The position numbers and the translations under genes were made by a program. Source: a virus (Duplodnaviria; Caudoviricetes). Taken from it: a stretch of DNA of 32,485 bases. The stretch is from the IMG/VR virus record IMGVR_UViG_3300044701_003842, positions 1 to 32,485 of that record, one strand, 5' to 3'. Positions 9,471 to 19,382 of this stretch are shown one piece after another; position 1 is the stretch's first letter; each line of letters starts with the position of its first letter. The notes beneath the pieces are model-generated. The model searched no databases. It was given only the letters and a program-made list of their open reading frames with translations, and had not been told where the DNA came from.

Positions 9471-11039
9471 TTAAAATTGCAAAATAACTTTAATATCTTC
9501 TTTTTGGTTTTGCGACCTTGTTATTGGAGGTCTATTATCTACATATATTAGATCTCCAGAATATTTTTGGACTTCTGGATTAGACAATCCTTGAACAAAA
9601 GGTTGACCAACATAGTATGTTCTACTATTTATTGTGGTACTTATACCAGGATTTATTGATGTTCCAAAATTAGTATCTATAGGAACTGTGGAAAGATTTC
9701 CAACAATATTAATACTTCCTCCAATTTCTGGACTTGCAGTAAATTTAAATGCTTCAAATCCATATTGAGGATTATTTTGATTTCCAGTAAAATCAAATCC
9801 GTAATTTGTCTTATCGGTCCAATACTTTAATATTCCAGTAACTTTATCATATGATATAACTCTTGCTATAGCAGTCTTTCCAACACCAATAGTTTGAGTA
9901 ATATAACTATCGGCATTAAAAGATGCATCCTGGTATCCAACTCCAAGTTTTATAGCACCAACAGCACTTGCTTTATCTTTAGATAAAATTTCATTTGAAT
10001 TGAATGCCAATGGATTTGCTACAATTCCGATTTGAGATATTTGATTTCCAACTATAAAATCTGGATCTTGATCATCATTTTCAAGTCTTGAATATATTAA
10101 AATATTAGTCGCACCCAATTCTCTGTATATATCTGCTCCATGACCATTTTTTGGAGGAATAACAATTTCAAATTCTGGAAGTCTTGTAATTCCTTCTACT
10201 GGAAATCCACCTGCTTCCAAGTCAAGTCTAGCAAAAGTATATCCATTTCCACCATTGGAAACAACAACACTTTCTACTCTTGAATCATTATTGATGATAA
10301 TAGTAGCTTCTGCTCCAGACCCATCTCCTTTAATAGGAATTCTACTATAAACTTGATTTGGTATACTTAAATTTTCTCCCCTATCTTTAATAATTATTGT
10401 TTTTAACTGACCGCCATCAAAGGCATTCTCTCTAATAGTTGCAACATCATTATTACTATCCCAATTTTTTGGAACTGGGATATATTGAGTGGCATCAAAT
10501 CTAATTACATCAGATGGATTGATAGAATACAAATATTTCCATATATATCCATCTCCACTGTTTCCAGCAGATCTTGGCTCAAGATCTGTAAATCTTGGCT
10601 CATCTAGACTTGGTTTTCCATTGGGATTTTCTGGATCTTCTCCATTTTCCAAACATATATAAACTCTAAAATCACTAGTAACAACATAGAAATTTGATGA
10701 GTATAAACTAGTAGCACTACTTTGATTTGCTAAATTATCCCTATCAATATTATTTCTATATCTGTCATAAATGATACCAGAAACCCATTCTATTTTTTTA
10801 ACAACCTGCTTTACATCCTCACTTCTTATTTTTTTAAGAGATATCATATTATCCCAAGCAAAGTTTTCTTGGTCAAAACTATCCTTGGGGGATGGTGGGT
10901 TTACGTCCCAATTTTGATTATAATCAAAGGGATTTGGTAGACCAACAAAAGTGTAATAAGAATTGGATGGATCAGAAATTTCTTTTAGAAAATTCTTAGC
11001 ATTCAATATTCTTAACTGATCAGTAATAATTGCTGCCAT
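9471..11039 (-). CDS. gp8: Baseplate wedge subunit gp8
   Basis: Motifs GDGYIWKYLYSI, YIPVP and the C-terminal YSGDLIYVDNRPPITRSQNQKEDIKVILQF match T4 gp8. Synteny after gp7 agrees. Confidence 0.92.
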   Translation of the reverse strand: MAAIITDQLRILNAKNFLKEISDPSNSYYTFVGLPNPFDYNQNWDVNPPSPKDSFDQENFAWDNMISLKKIRSEDVKQVVKKIEWVSGIIYDRYRNNIDRDNLANQSSATSLYSSNFYVVTSDFRVYICLENGEDPENPNGKPSLDEPRFTDLEPRSAGNSGDGYIWKYLYSINPSDVIRFDATQYIPVPKNWDSNNDVATIRENAFDGGQLKTIIIKDRGENLSIPNQVYSRIPIKGDGSGAEATIIINNDSRVESVVVSNGGNGYTFARLDLEAGGFPVEGITRLPEFEIVIPPKNGHGADIYRELGATNILIYSRLENDDQDPDFIVGNQISQIGIVANPLAFNSNEILSKDKASAVGAIKLGVGYQDASFNADSYITQTIGVGKTAIARVISYDKVTGILKYWTDKTNYGFDFTGNQNNPQYGFEAFKFTASPEIGGSINIVGNLSTVPIDTNFGTSINPGISTTINSRTYYVGQPFVQGLSNPEVQKYSGDLIYVDNRPPITRSQNQKEDIKVILQF

Positions 11040-11056
11040 TTGCTTGTTTTTATATA

Positions 11057-11063
11057 TATTTAT
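11057..11063 (-). promoter_or_regulatory. T4-type late promoter core ATAAATA upstream of gp8
   Basis: The 27-nt intergenic gap reads TTAATAAATATATATAAAAACAAGCAA on the minus strand, followed by ATG. The core ends 17 nt before the start. Confidence 0.7.
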
Positions 11064-11066
11064 TAA

Positions 11067-14000
11067 TTAATTATTAGGGGTATAATTTTCATACTTTAAT
11101 GGTTTTATTCTTATCACAGTTGGAGAAGAAGATATGCCAGATTCACCATTTTTGTATGAATTAAACAATAGATTTTTACTTCTCTTCAGATTTGACATTC
11201 TTCCCCAAGAAAAATCACCAAAATATTCTCCATATGTATATCCAGCACCAATATTTCCAATAAATCCTCCACTAGGTATATCTAAATTATTATAATTTTC
11301 TACAGGAGTTGTAACTCTAACTATATCTGTTCTTCCAAATCCTACAGAAAGTCCAGGAACTTCAGTTCTTGCAATTGAAACTGAAGAAGCTTGGTATACT
11401 CCATCAAGATATCTATCACCTTCAAATATTCTTATTGTTCCATCATTTGCATCTACGGAATTTATTCCAAATCCAAGTACTCCAGATCCAACATTTGATT
11501 TATTTATTTTAAAATAATATCCAGATTGAATTTGAGATTCTGATATTGGTGATCCTAAAGTATTATCTCTTAAGTATGAATTTTCAGGTATATAAAATTC
11601 AAATATAAAATTCTTAGCAAATCCATTCGGAGTTGGATTTTCAAAGATATAAATCGATCCAGATTCTGATTCAGAATTTGGATCTTCATCCCGCTCTGCT
11701 CCAACAAATATAATATTTCCAAATTTATTTAATAAAACAAATCTTCCAAATCCATCTCCAACTTCATTTGAATATGCACCTGTCAAAATTCCAACCTGAG
11801 TAAATGTATTTCCAGATCTACTGAAAACATAAGATCTTCCACTAGATTCATCTTGATATGCACCGACTACAATTACTCTTCCATTTGAACTTATATCAAC
11901 AGAAGATCCAAAATAATCTCCACCATCAATAGAAAGAGATCCAGTTATAGTTGAAGTCAATGAATACTCTTGATTATCATCAATATCATAAACATAAACT
12001 AAACCTGAAGATGATGGATTTCCTTGTGCTTCTCCATTGATAGACCCTACTATAATAGTATTCTTTTCATCTGCGATTGCAACTGAATTTCCAAAATCAC
12101 TTCCAGAATCAGTTAAACTTTCTGGACTTAATATATCAGTTTCTTGATAAGAACCATTAATTAATTTAAATACGTAAACTCTACCTACATTATCATTTCC
12201 AGCTCTTTCTGATCCCACTACTATAATACTTCCATCGGAATTTACATCAACAGAACTTCCAAAATTATCCAAAACTTGAGTTGAAAGACTGCCAAGAAGA
12301 ACTTGAGATTCTACATAAGTATTTCCTTGCTTTTTATAAACATATGTAATTCCAGAAGAAGCTGGATTTCCTGCCGTTTTGCATCCAGCAACTAAGGTGC
12401 TTCCATCCTCACTCATTGCGAGAGACCAAGAAACTTGTGCTGTACCAGTAGTCAAACTTCCCAATAAAGTACTAATTCCAGTAAAAGATAGTCCACTACG
12501 TTCATAAACATATATGACTCCACCATTGGTAATACTTCCAATATCGGGTGTTTCGTCTTGACGGGATGCGACTGCAATTATACTTCCATCCCCACTCATT
12601 GCAACTGACCAACCAAAATAATCATCTTGATTATTAGCATATCTTCCAGTCAAGATACCGACTTGAGTTACTGTGCTTCCAGACCTATCATAAACATATG
12701 CCAATCCAGAGTCCAAATTGGGATCTTGATTTTGCAATTCATCTCTGTATGCTCCAACAACAAACGTTGAAGCATCATTTGACGTTGCTATTCTACAACC
12801 ATAATAATCATTTGAATTAAATGCATATGTTCCAGTTACAACCCCAACCGTAGAAATTGGTTGTAAAGTCGAAGCTGTTGCAATTCCAGTTATCCATCCA
12901 AAGTCACCTTCATAAAAAACATCTTCAATAATTTCATATTTAGTTTTAGGAGGTCCAATAAAAACTATCGGTTGTATTCCCACAGTACTATATCCATACC
13001 CAGGATTTGTTAAGGTAATGGAATTAATGGATCCATTTGAATCTATTGTGCATGTAGCTTGTGCTCTTTGATTTGTAGTGGTTCCAATTCCCGTAAAGTT
13101 TGGATTTGAAATTGAAACATCTGGTGCCTCCGAATACCCAAATCCACCAGACTGCAATGAAATATTTGAAATTTTTAAGTTTGTGCCAACAGTTATAGAT
13201 GCAGTTGCTTGAGTTCCAATATCATTTGAAATAATTACAACGTCATCTTGAGAATCTTTATTAACTCCAATATCTTCATATTCGTCGTCACTATCAAAGA
13301 AAGTTTTTAATGATTCTACAAAAATTGATTCTGTACTGCCTATTCCCACACCTTTTATAATTTGTGATTGTGGGTATATTTCTGGTTCGTATGGAATTCT
13401 AGATTTACCAACTACTTTACCGTCTACGACTTTATCGACAAGTTGTTTACACCACTTAATTGGTCTCAATAAATTAATATCTCCACTCACACCAGGAGAA
13501 GAGTATGAGTTTGTTTCTATAATATCAGTAGATCTAATATCAGTGACAGTTCTTGAATTTTGCTGCAATGAAAAATCTTGACTGTTTAAAGTTACAAGAT
13601 CTCCAATTTTTACAGTCTCTAAAATATCTACCAATCTTGTATCAACTTCAGTAGTTCCATAATAAAATACGATCACGCATTTATCTCCAGAGTTTGGAGC
13701 TTCTAAGAATGTGAGGTTACTTCCTCCACTAAAAGTATATGATTGATTTGGAACTTGATATATATCATTTATAAAAACAAGTAAATTATATTCTAAATCT
13801 AATGTTGATCCAGGTCTAGCTCTCAGAGTAATCTGTGTCCCACCCAATCTGAACGGAAATTCTTTTCTTTTTCCATTAAACAATCTACTAATATCATCAA
13901 ATACTACCAAATCACCAAATACATAACCAGAAAATTCATCAGTAAAGGTTTGATCTACAAGGATTCTAAATTCTTCAAAAGTACTACCTATTGATAGATC

Positions 14001-17000
14001 ATAAACATATGCAACTCCAGATGTTCCTATTCCAGTCGTTGTTAATTCATCATATTGCGATCCTACAATAAAACTATTTTTATTTCCAGATACTGCAACG
14101 GATGTTGCGAAATTATCATTCAAATTATACGAATATGTTCCAGTTATAATTCCAACATTAACATAATCTGATCCCAAATAATTGTCAGTTTTTCTTTCAT
14201 ATACATAAGCAACTCCAGAAGAACTTGGGAGATTTAATTTTTCATCATTGATAGACCCAATTACAATCACATTGCCATCATCACTCATTGATAATGATGA
14301 TCCAAATTCATCTCCAGATTCATTTGAATAAGTTCCATTTAAGACCTGAATTAAATAATACGAATTCTGAATCTTTTCAAAAATATATACCAATCCTGTA
14401 GTATTCCCACCAATAATTGAAGAATCATCTTTAGCACCCACTGCAATAATATTTCCATTTTCACTTACATCGACAGAATATCCAAAATTATCTTGGTTCT
14501 TTAATTCACTTAATTTTGGGGATGTTAATATTCCAACTTGATTAATTGATGCTCCAACTTTTTCAAATACATAAACTAATCCAAAACTATCACTTTGAAC
14601 TGAAGTGTCTTCATCTTCAGGGGCACCAACTACAATATGACTTCCATTTGGACTAATAGCAACAGACAACCCAAATCTATCCTCAAGGGTGGCATTTGAC
14701 CCCTGTAGCAATGCTATTTGATTGAACGTGGGTCCAGCAACCTTTTCAAACACATAAGCAGATCCAACTCTTGAAGAAACTAAATTCGGATCTCTTGGAG
14801 ATCCAACAACTATAAAATTACCATCCGATGTAATATCAACATCCCAACCAAAATATGAAAGGCTCAAATTAGCAATTCCGCCAGTAGAATTGCTTCCTGT
14901 CAAAATTCCAACTTGAGCAAATGTTGGTCCAGAATTTCTTTCAAAAACATAAGCAGTTCCATAATTATTTGCGGATCCAACTTTTTCATCTAAAGGAGCT
15001 CCTACAACAATTATGTTGCCAGTTCCACTCATTGCAACAGAATATCCAAAATTATCATTAAAATCGTATGAATATTGTCCAGTTAAAATTCCAACTTGAC
15101 TAAATGATGATATTCCAGATCTATCATACACATACGCAACACCAGAAGCAGTTCCAATTCCCAAAGAATTAAGTATTTGACCTTCTCCGAATGGAGATCC
15201 AACTACCATTGTAGATCCAGTAGAATTTATTCCAACTGAGAATCCAAATCTATCTTGATCTGATGCAATAGATCCAGTAAGTATTCCAATAGCAGTACTT
15301 ATGCCATTAATTTGATTTGCAGAAAAAGTTTGTACTCCAGTAATACCTCCCGTTGGTATTGTCAGTATTTCACCTTGTCCATATGAATAACCAGAAGATA
15401 GCAATTCAAATTCTTTGATTTTACCATCGTTCCCAATTTTAACATTTCCTCTAGCATAACTTCCGATGCCAGGAACAGAATTTGGGCTGTATACTAGATT
15501 TAAATTTTGATACGATAATGGATCATCAAAATTCAATTCCAAATCATCAAATCGATATATATTAATTTTTGTTTTAGCTGGTTTTAATGAAGGTAATGGA
15601 GTTTTTATTTGTATTTGACTAAGACTTTCATCTACGGATAAAATTTTATTTAAAATTACATCTGTTCCTATAGATACATAATCTTTATAAGTATCAATCC
15701 CAGAAACATTTCCCAAATTTAAAACAGTTGATCCAGCTCCAGAAAATCCAGTTAAATTATAAGATGTAAATAAATTAAATTGAGTAAATCCAACTCCAGT
15801 ATTTGTAATTTGTGCATTTCTTACATGCCCATCCTTTATACTTGAAACTCCAATATGAATTGGACCTTTTTTTCTGGTTACATTTTTAACTAATCCACCA
15901 CCAAGATAAATATGCTCCTGTGGTGCTTCACCAACATCAAGAACAAAAGTATCTAATCCAAAAGTTTCTAAGACTTTGAATTCATAACCAGATTTTATAG
16001 ATGGTAAAAGTATTGTTGCCAGAACAAAAGAACCAGAAGAATTTAATATATCATATGCTGGAGATGGAATTGATAGTTCATCAACATTAATTTCAAAAGC
16101 ATTTATAGATGTATCAAACGAAATAGGAGTATTTTCTACAGTAAATCTTTTTTTATCAAGTAAAGTGTCGGTATTATTAAATAAAACTAATTCTCCATTA
16201 TTTAAAGTATTTTCAACGTCATCATCAGTTGTAAAAGTAACAATTCCAGTCGAATATCTAGTTTGACCAGTTGAATATTTAATTGGATTTGAAATTGATG
16301 GATTTGTTCCGACAAAAGTATGTGGATAAGAACTACTAAATCCAACATAAACTTCTACAGTTGTTGAAGTTACATTTAAAATTTCTAAAAGATTGTTATA
16401 AGCTGGATCCGATTGTCTTGGATAATATGTTGTAATTAATGGATTGAGAGAGCAAGAAAATCCCAAGGATTGTGGCTCAATAAAAATAAAATCACCCAAA
16501 GAAGCTTTAATGGGTTTGGGAGTATTTGTATTAACTCCAATGAAAGTATGTGAAGATGTATCTGTACTTGTTCCTACATTCACTTGTATTGTTGTCGATC
16601 CAATTGAAGTAATAGTCAACAAAGAATCATATGCTGGATCCGATAATCTTGGGTAATATGTTACTGAAGAATTTCCATCCAAAGTACAAGTAAATCCAAG
16701 AGATTGTGGTGAAATAATTATTTTTTGACCTATTTCAAGTGGATGTGATGTATCAGTAATTGATAATGTAGCTATTCCACTAATTGGATCATAATTTGCA
16801 TATAAAACATCATAAGAGTCACTTGGAATCAAAGAATGATTTCCTATAGTTAAAGTTGCTATTCCACTTGAAGGATCGTAACTAGCAGTTGTAAAATTAA
16901 TAGCATTTGAACTTAAAGTTGAATCAGAAATTCTTTTGAATGTGTGTAAAGAGGTATCAGTTCCTCCAGTTCCAACATTTATCTGTATTTTGGTAGCAGT

Positions 17001-19364
17001 TGAAGTAATAACACCTACTGTGGAATTATAAGCAGGATCTCCAGGTCTTGGGTAATAAGTTATTGTTGAATTTCCATCTAAAGTGCAACTGAATCCCAAA
17101 GATTCTGGTTCTATGAATATTTTATCTCCATTAGTTACAGAATGAATTCCTATTGTCAAAGTTGAGATGCCAGATACTGGATCATAAGTGGCTTCTGTAA
17201 CGTTGAAAAATTTATTATTTACAATTATAGAATTTATTCCAATTCTTTTATTAAATGACCCATATGCATCCCCAAAAGTTCCTCCACTATCACATGTGTA
17301 CTTGAAATTTTTAAGTTCTACTAATTCATCTTTAACAACACCAATACCTGGAGCAGTAATCGTTACAATTCCAGTAGTATTTGTATAATCTGCAGAAGTA
17401 GCTAAAAACTGCTTTTCTGCATTTACATATATATCAACAACTCCAACATTTGGATTAGTTACAGTAATATATGCAATATCTCCTACATTTGTTTGAACTA
17501 CTCCTGGGGAAAAGGTTTTAATTGTTGCCGCAGTATTATTGACGTATGGGCCGATTGTTGGATTATCTAAGATAAAAATTTTATTTACAGTATCAACAAA
17601 AATTATTTTCTCATTAGTAGCTACTGAACCTAATGTAATATAAAAATCTTCTGAAGTTGTATCTATTCCAGCATTAGTTCTGGGATCTATAACACTAGAT
17701 ACTTTGACTCTATCAGTAGATGCAAAAGATGCTTGTGTTGAATTGGTAGAATATAAAAAATTAAAGCTGCTAGAATCAAATACTTCAGACCAAGCATCTA
17801 AACTATTTTGGATGGTAACGTAAGTATTTCCAACTGAAACTATTTTTGTGTATTGATTATTCTCTAGATAATTATTTCCAATACTATCTTTTATAGATAA
17901 GATGCAAGTTGCAGATGGAGATGCATTCAAAAAATATTCTAATTTTTTAAATAATCCATTTTTATCTTCAAGGAAAAATCTATCCGAAAATGATCCAGGA
18001 ATTCCAGCAGAGGTTACTGTTTCATATGATGGCGAAGATATTCTAGATTCTAATATATAAGTTTCTGCAGCTCTATATCCAGATCCAGTATATCCAATAA
18101 AAATAGATTCTACAGTACCTGCATTTGAAATTTTTGCTGTTCCTCCTGCAGCAACCAATGGCTGATATCCAAATCCCTCATTTGTTCCTACAGATACTAT
18201 TATTCCACCTCTAGGAATTGATGCTGTGTTTATATCTTCTGGATTTGAAGACTTTTTCCCAGTGAATGAAATGGTAGTAATTCCAGAACTTTCTCCTAAT
18301 CCATAATCTATAAAATCGGGAGTTTGAAATACATTATTGATTAAAATTAAAGCATTACCAGTAGAAAATCCAGATACATTTTGCCCTTGTTGCTTCAATA
18401 CTGCTTGTGTGGATATTCCAAGAAATTGATTTGAAATATCATCAAGTAAATAGTTTCTATCATATGGTCCAATGTTGCTATCTTCAAATCCAGACCTTAA
18501 AAATACTCTTCCATCAAAAGTGGAATATGTTTCAATTCCAATATAATCTCTATCTAAAGGATTTTTTCTTTCTAAATCAGTAGTTGGGGATTTTTCAAAA
18601 GGAACTACTGGAAAATAGATTATATTATCAACTATTTGATAATTGCCGTTCAATTTAACAACGTCATCACCAGAAGAATGTGCTACTATTCCTGTTCCCA
18701 ACAAAGGTCTTCTGACAATCATTGAGGTGGTATTTCCAATCCCAAGCAAATTAATCCTCATGATCTCATTATTAATTCTAATCAAATCCCCATTAAAAAA
18801 TGAGGTAAGACCTGCAACTACCAAAAGATCACTGGCAGCAGATAAATCTTCTATAAGTTTTGTTTTAACTTCCGTATCGATAGCTGGTGTTTGTATTACG
18901 TTATCTATCGTAATTAAACTTCTAGTATTTTGCTTTTCTCCTATAAATTTATGAAATGTTCCAAATCCAACAGATGTTAGATCAAAAACTTCTGGTATCC
19001 TTTTTAGTGCTCTTTCTTTAGTTGCAGCAAGTTGAATAAATCTATCATTTAATACTACAGCATAAAGAGTTTGTGGTAATTTTGATATTGAATTACCAAC
19101 TCCACTTATTGTTGTTGTAGCAATTCCTATTGCAGCATCCGAAAAATTGAAAAAATTCTCATATTGGTAAGTAATTTTTTCTCCAGTTCTAAAAAAATGA
19201 TTTGGAAGTAATATAGTATTATCAATAACGTTGACTATATCGTAACTATTTCCATTGAAAAATCTTTCAAATATTGGATCACCTTTATGTCTCAGTTCAG
19301 CACTAAGTTGAACGTCAAATCTTCTTCCAATGTAAAAACCAGAACCGCTATTAATAATTGGCAT
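11067..19364 (-). CDS. Large virion/baseplate protein with two FG-GAP beta-propellers; probably the C-terminal part of a split cyanophage-type gp7 (2765 aa)
   Basis: It lies between gp7 and gp8 in the same frame as gp7. It shares module types with gp7 (NHFFRTGEKITY, GSGY/GxGY beta-repeats). Segments such as IPRGGIIVSVG..EGFGYQPLVAAGGTA, ILETVKIGD and FGDFSWGR resemble recalled C-terminal parts of giant cyanophage gp7 proteins. Confidence 0.75.
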   Translation of the reverse strand: MPIINSGSGFYIGRRFDVQLSAELRHKGDPIFERFFNGNSYDIVNVIDNTILLPNHFFRTGEKITYQYENFFNFSDAAIGIATTTISGVGNSISKLPQTLYAVVLNDRFIQLAATKERALKRIPEVFDLTSVGFGTFHKFIGEKQNTRSLITIDNVIQTPAIDTEVKTKLIEDLSAASDLLVVAGLTSFFNGDLIRINNEIMRINLLGIGNTTSMIVRRPLLGTGIVAHSSGDDVVKLNGNYQIVDNIIYFPVVPFEKSPTTDLERKNPLDRDYIGIETYSTFDGRVFLRSGFEDSNIGPYDRNYLLDDISNQFLGISTQAVLKQQGQNVSGFSTGNALILINNVFQTPDFIDYGLGESSGITTISFTGKKSSNPEDINTASIPRGGIIVSVGTNEGFGYQPLVAAGGTAKISNAGTVESIFIGYTGSGYRAAETYILESRISSPSYETVTSAGIPGSFSDRFFLEDKNGLFKKLEYFLNASPSATCILSIKDSIGNNYLENNQYTKIVSVGNTYVTIQNSLDAWSEVFDSSSFNFLYSTNSTQASFASTDRVKVSSVIDPRTNAGIDTTSEDFYITLGSVATNEKIIFVDTVNKIFILDNPTIGPYVNNTAATIKTFSPGVVQTNVGDIAYITVTNPNVGVVDIYVNAEKQFLATSADYTNTTGIVTITAPGIGVVKDELVELKNFKYTCDSGGTFGDAYGSFNKRIGINSIIVNNKFFNVTEATYDPVSGISTLTIGIHSVTNGDKIFIEPESLGFSCTLDGNSTITYYPRPGDPAYNSTVGVITSTATKIQINVGTGGTDTSLHTFKRISDSTLSSNAINFTTASYDPSSGIATLTIGNHSLIPSDSYDVLYANYDPISGIATLSITDTSHPLEIGQKIIISPQSLGFTCTLDGNSSVTYYPRLSDPAYDSLLTITSIGSTTIQVNVGTSTDTSSHTFIGVNTNTPKPIKASLGDFIFIEPQSLGFSCSLNPLITTYYPRQSDPAYNNLLEILNVTSTTVEVYVGFSSSYPHTFVGTNPSISNPIKYSTGQTRYSTGIVTFTTDDDVENTLNNGELVLFNNTDTLLDKKRFTVENTPISFDTSINAFEINVDELSIPSPAYDILNSSGSFVLATILLPSIKSGYEFKVLETFGLDTFVLDVGEAPQEHIYLGGGLVKNVTRKKGPIHIGVSSIKDGHVRNAQITNTGVGFTQFNLFTSYNLTGFSGAGSTVLNLGNVSGIDTYKDYVSIGTDVILNKILSVDESLSQIQIKTPLPSLKPAKTKINIYRFDDLELNFDDPLSYQNLNLVYSPNSVPGIGSYARGNVKIGNDGKIKEFELLSSGYSYGQGEILTIPTGGITGVQTFSANQINGISTAIGILTGSIASDQDRFGFSVGINSTGSTMVVGSPFGEGQILNSLGIGTASGVAYVYDRSGISSFSQVGILTGQYSYDFNDNFGYSVAMSGTGNIIVVGAPLDEKVGSANNYGTAYVFERNSGPTFAQVGILTGSNSTGGIANLSLSYFGWDVDITSDGNFIVVGSPRDPNLVSSRVGSAYVFEKVAGPTFNQIALLQGSNATLEDRFGLSVAISPNGSHIVVGAPEDEDTSVQSDSFGLVYVFEKVGASINQVGILTSPKLSELKNQDNFGYSVDVSENGNIIAVGAKDDSSIIGGNTTGLVYIFEKIQNSYYLIQVLNGTYSNESGDEFGSSLSMSDDGNVIVIGSINDEKLNLPSSSGVAYVYERKTDNYLGSDYVNVGIITGTYSYNLNDNFATSVAVSGNKNSFIVGSQYDELTTTGIGTSGVAYVYDLSIGSTFEEFRILVDQTFTDEFSGYVFGDLVVFDDISRLFNGKRKEFPFRLGGTQITLRARPGSTLDLEYNLLVFINDIYQVPNQSYTFSGGSNLTFLEAPNSGDKCVIVFYYGTTEVDTRLVDILETVKIGDLVTLNSQDFSLQQNSRTVTDIRSTDIIETNSYSSPGVSGDINLLRPIKWCKQLVDKVVDGKVVGKSRIPYEPEIYPQSQIIKGVGIGSTESIFVESLKTFFDSDDEYEDIGVNKDSQDDVVIISNDIGTQATASITVGTNLKISNISLQSGGFGYSEAPDVSISNPNFTGIGTTTNQRAQATCTIDSNGSINSITLTNPGYGYSTVGIQPIVFIGPPKTKYEIIEDVFYEGDFGWITGIATASTLQPISTVGVVTGTYAFNSNDYYGCRIATSNDASTFVVGAYRDELQNQDPNLDSGLAYVYDRSGSTVTQVGILTGRYANNQDDYFGWSVAMSGDGSIIAVASRQDETPDIGSITNGGVIYVYERSGLSFTGISTLLGSLTTGTAQVSWSLAMSEDGSTLVAGCKTAGNPASSGITYVYKKQGNTYVESQVLLGSLSTQVLDNFGSSVDVNSDGSIIVVGSERAGNDNVGRVYVFKLINGSYQETDILSPESLTDSGSDFGNSVAIADEKNTIIVGSINGEAQGNPSSSGLVYVYDIDDNQEYSLTSTITGSLSIDGGDYFGSSVDISSNGRVIVVGAYQDESSGRSYVFSRSGNTFTQVGILTGAYSNEVGDGFGRFVLLNKFGNIIFVGAERDEDPNSESESGSIYIFENPTPNGFAKNFIFEFYIPENSYLRDNTLGSPISESQIQSGYYFKINKSNVGSGVLGFGINSVDANDGTIRIFEGDRYLDGVYQASSVSIARTEVPGLSVGFGRTDIVRVTTPVENYNNLDIPSGGFIGNIGAGYTYGEYFGDFSWGRMSNLKRSKNLLFNSYKNGESGISSSPTVIRIKPLKYENYTPNN
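11637..12855 (-). repeat. Seven FG-GAP repeats (beta-propeller 2)
   Basis: Blades start DYYGCRIAT, DYFGWSVAM, AQVSWSLAM, DNFGSSVDV, SDFGNSVAI, DYFGSSVDI and DGFGRFVLL. Each is followed by a VVGA-like strand and a G..YV[YF] strand. Confidence 0.88.
13995..15295 (-). repeat. Seven FG-GAP repeats (beta-propeller 1)
   Basis: Blades start DRFGFSVGI, DNFGYSVAM, SYFGWDVDI, DRFGLSVAI, DNFGYSVDV, DEFGSSLSM and DNFATSVAV, with IVVGAP/IVVGSP and GxAYV[YF]E/D strands. Confidence 0.9.
16308..17210 (-). repeat. Three copies of an approximately 90-aa module (YDPxSGIxTL...SLGFxCxL...TYYPRxxDPAY...VG...HTF), one nested inside another
   Basis: TYYPRPGDPAYN, TYYPRLSDPAYD and TYYPRQSDPAYN; ESLGFSCTL, QSLGFTCTL and QSLGFSCSL. 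Similarity is visible in the DNA, e.g. gctggatccgat near 16402 and 16633. Confidence 0.9.
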
Positions 19365-19382
19365 TTTATTTTTTTAAATTTA

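Noticed and set aside
9626-9632. Internal ATAAATA about 160 nt upstream of the VrlC-like start
   Set aside because: It lies inside gp8 coding sequence (TINS), and such a 7-mer occurs readily by chance in AT-rich DNA.
11051-11075. TATATATA/TTAATTAA self-complementary stretch as a terminator or operator
   Set aside because: It is a pure A/T low-complexity stretch with no stable stem, and is explained by the stop codon plus the late promoter.
11779-17210. Repeats as a diversity-generating retroelement TR/VR pair or a CRISPR-like array
   Set aside because: The repeats are in-frame protein repeats with mismatches not confined to adenines of one copy. There is no reverse transcriptase, no non-coding template and no repeat-spacer periodicity.
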